From Candidatus Latescibacterota bacterium (GTDB taxonomy: Bacteria; Latescibacterota; UBA2968; UBA8231): a stretch of DNA of 64,000 bases. Under the pieces are notes generated by a model. The model was not told the DNA's origin and ran no database searches. It saw only the letters and a list, made by a program, of their open reading frames with translations. The DNA lies in contig OZ242318.1 in assembly GCA_965208105.1 (NCBI GenBank), positions 704,001 through 768,000 on the forward strand, read 5' to 3'. Position 1 is the stretch's first letter. Each line of letters starts with the position of its first letter. Both the position numbers and the translations under genes were made by a program. Of this stretch, positions 30,109-38,665 are shown one piece after another.

Positions 30109-31297
30109 GGCCCCCGACCCTTTCCACCGCCATGCGCGCAGCCCGGTCCAGGGAAATCTCCCGCCCCAGCGCTTCGACCCCTGCCGCCGCCATGATCCGG
30201 CGCGCCTCCTGCTCCCACGAGCCCGGAACGCGAAAGACGGCGATGGTCTCGGCGGGATTCCGGCCTGCCCCCTCCATGCCGCGCAGGACTCCTTCGGCGA
30301 TTATGTCGGCGCGGGTGTTGTTGACCACGTTCATGATGGCCGCCAGCTTCACCACGCCAGGCTTGGAGAGCAGCAGGGTGGTCAGGGCCGCCACCTTCTC
30401 CGCGGTGGGATTCCCTCCCATCTCGCTGTAGTTTGCCGGCCTGCCTCCATGCCGGAGCACCGCGTCGAACACGGTCAGGCTGGCCCCGCCGCCCCCGATG
30501 AGCAAGCCCAGGTCGCCGTCGAACTCGACCACGCGGCCCGCCACCCCGCGGTGGTCCATTGCGTCGATGCGCCGGGCATGCTCCTCCATGGGCGTGGGAG
30601 AGCGTCCCGCGGAAGCCGCCTCGACCTCCCCCAGGCCGGCCACCCGGTGTTCCTGCCTCCAGGAGGCGTCATCGTCGATCTCCACCTTCGCGTCCAGGCC
30701 GACGAGCTCCCCGTCCGCTGTCACCACGAGGGGGTTGATTTCCACCGTTACTGCATCGATCTCGAGAAAAGCCCGCGCCAGGCGGTCGAGTATGCGGCCC
30801 ACGCCCACCAGGTTTTTTCCGGTCAGGCCGGCGGCGGCGGCCATCTCCCGGCCCTCATGCGGCCGCAGTCCGCAAACCGGATCAAGGTGGCGGCGGACCC
30901 TGCCCTGCGCAAAGCTCTTCTCCACTTCGATCCCCCCACCCGTACTCAGCAGCGCCAGCGGCCGTCTGGCGGCCAGGTCCCAGGTGATCCCGGCGTAGAG
31001 CTCGCGCTCGAAGTCGATCCAGGGCTCCACCGAAACGGCGCCCACAGGGTGCTGGCGCAGCACCATGGCCAGGAGAGCCTTCGCCGCACGCTGCGCATCC
31101 CTGGAATTCCGGGCAGTCCTGACGGCCCCGGCCTTGCCGCGTCCGCCAAACGGGACCTGGGCCTTGAGCACCGCCGGCCTACCCAAGCGCTCCACCGCGG
31201 AGGCCGCTTCTTCCGGCGTCCGCGCCACGGCCGGGAGGGTGAAATCCAGACCGAAATCGCCGAGCACCATCTTGCTCTGGTATTCGACCAACCTCAA
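30098..31297 (-). CDS. Succinyl-CoA/citryl-CoA synthetase beta (ATP-grasp) subunit
   Basis: LVEYQSK, KAQV..GGRGKAG, EINPL, LDAK..IDDDA, GGGGAS, PANY.EMGGNP; likely TTG start at 31297. Confidence 0.85.
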   Translation of the reverse strand: MRLVEYQSKMVLGDFGLDFTLPAVARTPEEAASAVERLGRPAVLKAQVPFGGRGKAGAVRTARNSRDAQRAAKALLAMVLRQHPVGAVSVEPWIDFERELYAGITWDLAARRPLALLSTGGGIEVEKSFAQGRVRRHLDPVCGLRPHEGREMAAAAGLTGKNLVGVGRILDRLARAFLEIDAVTVEINPLVVTADGELVGLDAKVEIDDDASWRQEHRVAGLGEVEAASAGRSPTPMEEHARRIDAMDHRGVAGRVVEFDGDLGLLIGGGGASLTVFDAVLRHGGRPANYSEMGGNPTAEKVAALTTLLLSKPGVVKLAAIMNVVNNTRADIIAEGVLRGMEGAGRNPAETIAVFRVPGSWEQEARRIMAAAGVEALGREISLDRAARMAVERVGGHAA

Positions 31298-31656
31298 AAA
31301 ATCTGTTTCTCTCCAGGTGCCGGCCCCGCGAACTTCAGCGGACCCATGCCGCACCGGACTTCCCTTCCCCCGGACCGGAGAGGAAAGATATTCCCGGAGC
31401 GGCCGAGCTCCCATGGATCCGTCCTGATTGAGAGACGCCATCGGGCATCGATTCAAATCTTAACCACCTCCTCAGCGGATGACAAGAGCCCCGGCGATCG
31501 GCCGTTCACCCTGATTCCATCTCCGTCCGAATTTTCATTTTCGCCGGGGTCCATCGCTTCGGCACCGGCCACATTCAGGAACCACTCCTTGCGCCGCGGG
31601 GGCAACAATCGATATCCTATTACAGCACGCATTTCAACCTGAGGAAGGACGAGAAC

Positions 31657-33099
31657 ATGGGCGACAGCACGTTGACCGCAGGGGTGGCGCGCCTCGACAT
31701 CACCCCACCCCTGGGATTTCGCATGCAGGGAATAATGAGCCGCACCGAGGGAGCGGACGGCGTGGAATCGGCGCTGCTGGCTACGGTGCTGGTATTGGCC
31801 GATGAGCACACCAAACTGGCCATCTTCGACTGCGATCTCATCGGCTTCGACCTGCCTCTGGCGGACGAGATCCGCCAGGCCGTGGGCGGCCGCCTGTCCA
31901 TCCCCTCCAGCCACGTACTGCTGGGATGCACCCACACCCACAACGGCCCCTGTACCTCCCGGGGGAACCTGGGAGGCGTGCACGATGTGGGCGGCGATCC
32001 CGGCGAGCGCGCCGCCCTGGATGCCTATATCCTCAACCTCAAGGGCCAGCTGGCGGGCATCGCCGCCGCCGCGGACGGCCGGCGCCGACCCGCCCGGGCG
32101 GCCGCCGGACGCGGCCGGGCAGCCATGGCCGTCAACCGCGAGGAACGCAACGAGGACGGCCGAATCCTGGTGGGCCGCAATCCCGGGGGCAGCAGCGATC
32201 AAAGCGTGGAAGTGCTCCGGTTGGACGATCTGGAGGGCAATCCCATTGCGGTGCTCACGGGCTACGCCGCCCACCCGGTGGTGATGGGAATGGGCACCTG
32301 CAAAATCAGCCAGGATTTTCCAGGGGTAGTGCGCCGAATCGTCGAGCGGGTCACCGGCGCCACCTGCCTCTACCTGACCGGGGCTGCCGGCAACCAGGCG
32401 TGCTTTTCCTTCCTGCAGAGCGATTGGGGCGAGAAGGAGCGCATGGGAGGCCTGGTGGGATGCGAGGCCGCCCGCGTCTTCTTCACCATCGAGACCCGGC
32501 CCCACCGCGAGGTGCGCCAGGTGGGGGCCTCCCTTTCCAATCTCGCGCTCTACCACAAGGAATTCCACGAGGGCCCGACCCACCAGGTCCTCAAGGCAGC
32601 CAGCCGCGAGGTGACCGTGCCCCTGCAACCCCTGCCCGCCATTCGGAAGGCAGAGTCCCAACTGGCCGAGGCCAGGGCAAACTTGAGAAAGCTCGAGGAG
32701 GAAGGGGCTCCCACCACCCAGACCTATCCGGCCCTCCTGGTGGTGGACTGGGCGAGGTTCCTGCTGGAGAAGGTGAAGGGCGGCGCGGCGCGGGAAGAAC
32801 TGAAATTCGAAATCGTGGGGTACCGTCTCGACGACTTCGTCCTGGTGGGAATGCCAGGCGAGCCATTCGTGGAGATCGGACTGGGGACCAGGGAACGCTC
32901 CAAGGCCAGGCACACCTTGTTCGCGGGCTACTGCAACGGGGTCCTGGCCTACTGGCCCACCGCCGAGACGGTTGCCCAGGGCGGTATGTCAGTCTCGGCC
33001 GCGGTCAGGTCCTACAAGATCCCGGCGCCGCCCACGGCCGAGACGGTTCCCATCATCGTGGCCGCCTTCGGGGAGCTGCTCGAGGAGCTGGGCTGCTAG
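31657..33099 (+). CDS. Neutral/alkaline ceramidase-like metallohydrolase
   Basis: AGVARLDITP, THTHNGP, YAAHP, GAAGN, PGEPF, GYCNG. Confidence 0.8.
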   Translation: MGDSTLTAGVARLDITPPLGFRMQGIMSRTEGADGVESALLATVLVLADEHTKLAIFDCDLIGFDLPLADEIRQAVGGRLSIPSSHVLLGCTHTHNGPCTSRGNLGGVHDVGGDPGERAALDAYILNLKGQLAGIAAAADGRRRPARAAAGRGRAAMAVNREERNEDGRILVGRNPGGSSDQSVEVLRLDDLEGNPIAVLTGYAAHPVVMGMGTCKISQDFPGVVRRIVERVTGATCLYLTGAAGNQACFSFLQSDWGEKERMGGLVGCEAARVFFTIETRPHREVRQVGASLSNLALYHKEFHEGPTHQVLKAASREVTVPLQPLPAIRKAESQLAEARANLRKLEEEGAPTTQTYPALLVVDWARFLLEKVKGGAAREELKFEIVGYRLDDFVLVGMPGEPFVEIGLGTRERSKARHTLFAGYCNGVLAYWPTAETVAQGGMSVSAAVRSYKIPAPPTAETVPIIVAAFGELLEELGC

Positions 33100-33860
33100 A
33101 CGCAGCCCTCGTAGTCGCGGCCGCGGAGCAGGGGGTAGTCTGGCTTGGCGCCGGGCTCTCCGGTCCAGCGCGAGCGCGCAGTCATGTAGTGGGTGGCCAA
33201 TCCGCGGCGACGGTGCGGGGTGAGGTTGGGGCCGGAGCGGTGAAGCAGGAGACTGTGGTGAAAGGAGCAGCCTCCCATCCTCATGGTGATGGCCGTCTCC
33301 TTGCCGCGGTCGAAAGCCGAATCGGGTACGTGCTTGTCCTCCCGATCGCCCACCATCCAGGCCTCGCTGTGATCGACCAGGCCATCCCGGTGGCTGCCCG
33401 GAACAACCCACATGCAGCCGTTCTCGATGGTCACGTCGTCCAGTGCGACCCAGGAGCTGACCAGCGCCATGGGGTCGATGTTGAAATAGGCGGAGTCCTG
33501 GTGGTAGGTCTTCTCCATGCCTCCGGGCGGCTTCATGAACAACTGGTCGCCGAAGAACTTGATATCCTGTCCGAGCAAGGCCTCAACCACCTCCAGTATG
33601 GCGGGGTTGCGGGCATGTTGCAGGAAAAAGGGATCGTGCTCGGCGCAGCTGTTGATCTTGCGCAAATTATCTATGTTGCGCCTGTGTTCCTTCGCCCCGG
33701 GCTCGTATTCGAGACCTTCCTCCGGGAAGGGAACCCGACCTGCGGCAATGTCCTCCACCCGCTGCCGCAGCGTCCCCACCTCGGTCTCGCTGAGCAGACC
33801 CTCCAGCACGAGAAAACCATCCCGGTGGTACTGTTCCACCTGCTCCTGGCTGAGCCTCAT
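33096..33860 (-). CDS. Phytanoyl-CoA dioxygenase (PhyH) family Fe/2OG oxygenase
   Basis: HQD, WVALDD..ENG...VPGSH, H.S..N...RR. Confidence 0.92.
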   Translation of the reverse strand: MRLSQEQVEQYHRDGFLVLEGLLSETEVGTLRQRVEDIAAGRVPFPEEGLEYEPGAKEHRRNIDNLRKINSCAEHDPFFLQHARNPAILEVVEALLGQDIKFFGDQLFMKPPGGMEKTYHQDSAYFNIDPMALVSSWVALDDVTIENGCMWVVPGSHRDGLVDHSEAWMVGDREDKHVPDSAFDRGKETAITMRMGGCSFHHSLLLHRSGPNLTPHRRRGLATHYMTARSRWTGEPGAKPDYPLLRGRDYEGCV

Positions 33861-33914
33861 GGTCCATTCCTCCTTATTTCCAGATTAGTAGAGAGGACAG
33901 TGTCCGTTTCTGCG

Positions 33915-34856
33915 CTAATGGCCGTGGGACAAAAAGCGCTCCGCCTCGATGGCTGCCATACAGCCGGTACCGGCCGCGGTCACGGCCTGGCGGTAGACGT
34001 GATCCTGGGCGTCCCCGCAGGCGAAGACCCCTTCGATTGCGGTGGCCGTTGCATCCGGCCTGGTGCTGATATAGCCCTGCTTGTCCATCTCCAGGTAGTC
34101 CTGGAAGAGCTGGGTGTTGGGGACGTGGCCTATGGCCATGAATACCCCCTCGCACGAATGCTCCCAGGTCCTGCCGCTGGGCACATCCCTGAGTCGCACC
34201 CCGCGTACGCTGAGTTCGCCGTCATTCTGCAGGATCTCCTCCACCACCGCATTGGTGACGAATTCAATCTTGGCGTTGTCCTCGGCGCGCTTGAGCATGA
34301 TCCTCGAGGCGCGGAACTCATCACGCCGGTGGACGATGGTTACCTTGGTGGCGAACTTGGTGAGGAAGGTCGCCTCCTCCATGGCCGAATCGCCGCCGCC
34401 CACCACCACGATATCCTTGCCCCGGAAGAAAAATCCATCGCAGGTGGCGCAGGCGGAAACCCCGTGCCCCATGAGCCGCTCCTCCGATTCCAGCCCCAGC
34501 AGCCTGGCGGACGCTCCGGTGGCGATGATCAGGGCGTCCCCGCTGAATGAGAGACCCTCCGCTTCGACCTTGAAAGGGCGCTCCCCCAGGTCCACCGCCC
34601 CTGCCGTCTTGTAGATGCACTCGGCTCCGAAGCGCCGCGCCTGGTCCCGCATCTTGTCCATCAGCTCCGGACCCATGATCCCGTCCGGAAATCCCGGATA
34701 GTTCTCAACGTCGGTGGTGATGGTAAGCTGTCCGCCCGGCTGCAGTCCTTCAAGGACCAGTGGTCTCAGGTCCGCGCGGGCGGCGTACAGGGCCGCTGTG
34801 AGCCCGGCGGGGCCGGAGCCGACGATGATCACCTTGTAGTGCTTCCTTTCCTGCAT
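33915..34856 (-). CDS. trxB: Thioredoxin-disulfide reductase
   Basis: [33 protein letters not shown]. Confidence 0.95.
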   Translation of the reverse strand: MQERKHYKVIIVGSGPAGLTAALYAARADLRPLVLEGLQPGGQLTITTDVENYPGFPDGIMGPELMDKMRDQARRFGAECIYKTAGAVDLGERPFKVEAEGLSFSGDALIIATGASARLLGLESEERLMGHGVSACATCDGFFFRGKDIVVVGGGDSAMEEATFLTKFATKVTIVHRRDEFRASRIMLKRAEDNAKIEFVTNAVVEEILQNDGELSVRGVRLRDVPSGRTWEHSCEGVFMAIGHVPNTQLFQDYLEMDKQGYISTRPDATATAIEGVFACGDAQDHVYRQAVTAAGTGCMAAIEAERFLSHGH

Positions 34857-35126
34857 CCGCGACTCCTGGCCGGCACGGCCAACCATTTCACTAGCCCGAC
34901 TCCGGTGGGTCGGGCAAACACCTGCCGGCGGCGAACAGGCACGCCCCTTCGACAGCCTTCAACGCGGGCGGCCTGGAGAAATATAGACATAAATCGGTGC
35001 GCGCCAACCTGCCTGTCCCGGCATGAAGGAGGGGGGGATGGCGCGGGGCATTCCCCCAGCGAGAGAGCCGACCCGGCGGGAGTTGGCTCCGGCTCTTCCG
35101 GTGGACCCCAGCTTTCTCGCGGCGAA

Positions 35127-35155
35127 TTGACAGCAGGACCACCTTTAATTACGAT
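35127..35155 (+). promoter_or_regulatory. Sigma70-type promoter for the Mo-hydroxylase gene
   Basis: TTGACA-17 nt-TACGAT. Confidence 0.7.
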
Positions 35156-35203
35156 TGACGCAACACTGAGCAAGCTACCTTAAAGCAATGCAGAAGGAGC
35201 AAG

Positions 35204-37525
35204 GTGGAAATGGCCAACAGTTACTCGGACTATCCGGAATTTACCGGCAACGGCAAGTACAAAGTGATCGGAACCCGGCCTGTGCGCCACGATGGGGTGG
35301 ACAAGGTCACCGGCCGCGCCATCTACGGCGCCGACGTTCGCCTCCCCGACCTGCTCTACGGCAAGGTCCTGCGCAGCCCCCATTCCCATGCCCGCATCCT
35401 CTCCATCGACACCAGCAAGGCTCTCGGCCTGGCCGGGGTCCGCGCAGTGGCAACGGCTGACGATCTCGTGGAAACGGTGGACAAGCTCTCCAGCATCGGC
35501 GAGACCCAGGTCAACATCCGCGAAGTCGCCCAGAATTCACTGGCCTCCGGCAAGGTCCTCTACAAGGGCCACGCGGTAGCCGCAGTGGCCGCCACAAGCC
35601 CTCACATCGCCGAGGAGGCCCTCGACCTGATCGAAGTGGAGTACGAGCCCCTGACTCCCGTCACGGACGTGCGCGACGCCATGAGGGACGACGCTCCCCT
35701 CCTCGACGAGGACAGGACGACCACGTCCATGGGCGAGGACACCGGCAAGAAGAGCAACATCGCCAGCCACATCCAATTCAAGATGGGCGACACCGGCCAA
35801 GGCTTTGCCGCAGCCGACATCGTCGTCGAGCGCGAGTTCACGACGGCCATGGTGCACCAGGGGTACATCGAGCCCCACAACACGACGGTCATCTGGAAGA
35901 ACGACGGAACAATTACCGTCTGGGTCAGCACTCAGGGGCCCTTTCAGATCCGCGCTCAGCTGTCCGAGGTCCTCCAGGTGCCCATCTCCAAGATCAAGGT
36001 CATTCCCTGCGAAATCGGGGGCGGCTTCGGCGGGAAGTTCCCCATCTACATGGAGCCGGCCGCGGCGGTCATGTCTCACAAAACGGGCCATCCGGTCAAG
36101 ATGATAATGAGCCGTTCCGAGGTTTTCGAGGCCAGCGGACCGGCGCCGGGCAGCTACACCCGGGTCAAGATGGGGGCCAGGGAGGACGGCACCATCGTCG
36201 CCGCCGAGATCTACACGGCCTACGAGGCAGGCGCCTTTCCCGGGTCGTCGGTCGGCGCCGGAGCACAGTGCATCCTGGCGCCATATTACATTGAGAACGT
36301 GATCATCGACGGCTACGACGTGGTCTCCAACAAACCCAAATCCACTGCCTACCGCGCCCCGGGCGCGCCCCAGGCCGCTTTCGCCTCGGAGAGCGTCATT
36401 GACGAAATCGCCGCGAAGCTGGGTCTGGACCCGCTGGAGCTGCGACTGAAGAACGCCGCGCGCGAGGGCACCCGCCGGGCTGACGGAACGGTATACAGCC
36501 GCATCGGCTGCGAGGAGACGGTGCAGGCGGCCATCGCCAGCGATCACTTCAAGTCCCCTCCGCCACGGGGTCCCTGGCGCGGCAGGGGTGTGGCCTCGGG
36601 CTTCTGGTTCAACGGCGGCGGCCAGTCCTCGGCCACCATAAGCGTCAGCACGGACGGCACCGTCAACCTCCTCGAGGGTTCGGTGGACATCGGCGGCTCG
36701 CGCGCCGCCATGGCGATGATCGTGGCCGAAACCCTGGGGCTCAAGGCGGACGAGGTCAACCCCATGGTGGCCGACACCGACTCCATCGGTTACCACGACG
36801 GAACGGGCGGCAGCCGGGTGGCATACGCCACAGGTTACGCCTGCTACCTGGCCGCCCGGGACATCTCCGAGAAAATGTGCGTGCGCGCCGCCCGCCAGCT
36901 TGAAGTGGAAGAGGGCGATGTGCAGTTCGACGGCGGCACCTTCGCGTGCAAATCCGATCCGGGGAGGAAGCTGACCTTCAAGGAGGTGGCAGCCGAGCAG
37001 GGAAGCACCGGCGGCCCCATTGAGGGCTCCGGATCGATCAACAGCAACGGGCCGGGGAATGCCTTTGCCACCCACATTGTCGACGTGGAGGTAGACCCCG
37101 AGACCGGCAAGGTCAAGATTCTGCGCTACACCGCCGTGCAGGACGTGGGCAAGGCCATCCATCCCAGCTACGTCGAGGGTCAGATGCAGGGCGGGGTTGT
37201 CCAGGGCATCGGCTGGGCCCTTACCGAAGGCTATTTCTTCAACCAGGACGGCAGCATGGCCAACTCAACCTTTCTCGATTACCGCATGCCCACCACCCTG
37301 GACCTGCCCCTGGTCGAGACGGTGCTGGTGGAGGTTCCCAATCCGGGAAGTCCACACGGTATTCGCGGCGTCGGCGAAGTGCCCATAGTACCGCCAATGG
37401 CCGCCGTCGGCAACGCCATCTACCAGGCGACCGGATGCCGCCTGCAGGACCTGCCAATGACTCCCGACAACATAGTCGCCGCCCTGCAGGCCAGACGGGG
37501 AGAATTTCAGGAAGCTGCCGGATAG
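35204..37525 (+). CDS. Xanthine dehydrogenase family molybdopterin-binding (large) subunit
   Basis: KVTG, RSPHSHA, GGGFGGK, AYRAPG, GQMQGG, DY..PT, RGVGE. Confidence 0.9.
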   Translation: MEMANSYSDYPEFTGNGKYKVIGTRPVRHDGVDKVTGRAIYGADVRLPDLLYGKVLRSPHSHARILSIDTSKALGLAGVRAVATADDLVETVDKLSSIGETQVNIREVAQNSLASGKVLYKGHAVAAVAATSPHIAEEALDLIEVEYEPLTPVTDVRDAMRDDAPLLDEDRTTTSMGEDTGKKSNIASHIQFKMGDTGQGFAAADIVVEREFTTAMVHQGYIEPHNTTVIWKNDGTITVWVSTQGPFQIRAQLSEVLQVPISKIKVIPCEIGGGFGGKFPIYMEPAAAVMSHKTGHPVKMIMSRSEVFEASGPAPGSYTRVKMGAREDGTIVAAEIYTAYEAGAFPGSSVGAGAQCILAPYYIENVIIDGYDVVSNKPKSTAYRAPGAPQAAFASESVIDEIAAKLGLDPLELRLKNAAREGTRRADGTVYSRIGCEETVQAAIASDHFKSPPPRGPWRGRGVASGFWFNGGGQSSATISVSTDGTVNLLEGSVDIGGSRAAMAMIVAETLGLKADEVNPMVADTDSIGYHDGTGGSRVAYATGYACYLAARDISEKMCVRAARQLEVEEGDVQFDGGTFACKSDPGRKLTFKEVAAEQGSTGGPIEGSGSINSNGPGNAFATHIVDVEVDPETGKVKILRYTAVQDVGKAIHPSYVEGQMQGGVVQGIGWALTEGYFFNQDGSMANSTFLDYRMPTTLDLPLVETVLVEVPNPGSPHGIRGVGEVPIVPPMAAVGNAIYQATGCRLQDLPMTPDNIVAALQARRGEFQEAAG

Positions 37526-37599
37526 CACTTCGACCGCCATTTACGGAGAATTGCCCGAGCCACCTCTCCGGGTGGCCGGGCATTTTCCTGCCGCAACCC

Positions 37600-38448
37600 A
37601 TGTCCGCCTCGATAGACCCCCAATTCTTTCTTCGAACCATGTTGCCGGTGGTGCGGCAGTGCGCCCGCGCCTCCCTCATTTTCTATGGACAGATCGCCGA
37701 TATCGGCAAGGCCGCCGACACCAGCCTGACCGGCTCGTTGGCGCAGCGGGCTTCCAGCGTCCTTACCGCCATCGACAGCGCCGTCCAGGACATAATCCTC
37801 AGCGTCGTGCTCCAGCACTTCCCGGGCATCAGGTGCATCGCCGAGGAGAACACTCCTCTCAAAAGGAGATTCGCCGGCAACGACTCCCCCTACGCCCTCA
37901 TCCTCGACCCGATTGACGGCACCGTCCACTTCCAGAAGGGGGACGCGCCCTACCACATCTCACTTGGTCTTGCCCGTGAGGGAGGAATGGTCGCTGCCAT
38001 AGTGGCCCGTCCCAACGAGGACAAGATCTTCACCGCGTTGCGCGGCCGCGGCGCCTACCTTCGCCAGGGCAATGGCCGGCCCCGGCGCTTGCGCCTGGGC
38101 AAGAGGCCGCGCACCAACAGGATCTTCATCTCATCGAAAGCGCGAGCCTACCAGGAGGCGGTGCGTCCGGACCTGGAGCCCCGCGAGTACCCCATCGGTG
38201 CCGCCCTGGTACTGACCCAGGTGGCAGAGGGCGAGCTGTGCGCCTACCTGACCCGCCAGGTCGAGGTCTACGACGTGGGGCCTCCCTCCCTGATCGCCAC
38301 CGAGGCCGGGGCGCGCTGCGCCCTCAGGGGAGGCCAGGCGCCGCGCTATCACCACAGCCGCAAATTCTCCTACTACATGTGCACTGCGTCCCGGGAACTC
38401 GAATCCACCCTCGCCCAGCTCCTGCAATCGCGCAGGAAACAGGCATAG
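37600..38448 (+). CDS. Inositol monophosphatase family protein
   Basis: AEE, LDPIDGT, YDVG..SLIATEAG. Confidence 0.82.
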   Translation: MSASIDPQFFLRTMLPVVRQCARASLIFYGQIADIGKAADTSLTGSLAQRASSVLTAIDSAVQDIILSVVLQHFPGIRCIAEENTPLKRRFAGNDSPYALILDPIDGTVHFQKGDAPYHISLGLAREGGMVAAIVARPNEDKIFTALRGRGAYLRQGNGRPRRLRLGKRPRTNRIFISSKARAYQEAVRPDLEPREYPIGAALVLTQVAEGELCAYLTRQVEVYDVGPPSLIATEAGARCALRGGQAPRYHHSRKFSYYMCTASRELESTLAQLLQSRRKQA

Positions 38449-38507
38449 ATTGATCAACATACTGTAAATTAAAATCTTACATCAAGTACCAGGAAATGGG
38501 CTTGCGC

Positions 38508-38536
38508 TTGACACGGCCATGGTAATTACTTATTAT
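38508..38536 (+). promoter_or_regulatory. Sigma70-type promoter
   Basis: TTGACA-17 nt-TATTAT. Confidence 0.75.
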
Positions 38537-38542
38537 CTGTGG

Positions 38543-38656
38543 ACGAGAGTGGCCTGAATTCACGTCGGGAATGCCCCACCGGAAGTTTTCCACTAATATG
38601 TGGAACTTCGACAATACTTTCGCGGCATTCTGGTGAGTTGGTCGCTCTTTTTTTTT
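38543..38656 (+). ncRNA. Candidate ~110-nt rod-like sRNA or attenuator leader ending in a U9 tract
   Basis: Nested stems AGAGTGGCC/GGTCGCTCT, AATTCAC/GTGAGTT, GGAATGCC/GGCATTCT, TTCCAC/GTGGAA, then T9; begins at the predicted +1. Confidence 0.5.
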
Positions 38657-38665
38657 ATTTTCACC

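Noticed and set aside
33096-33099. Many genes end in CTAG, including two convergent genes sharing one CTAG
   Set aside because: Largely expected from C-rich third codon positions before TAG. Relevant only as the supply of MITE targets, not as an independent signal.
35204-37525. Aerobic CO dehydrogenase CoxL
   Set aside because: Active-site loop is AYRAPG, not AYxCSFR (form I) or AYxGAGR (form II).
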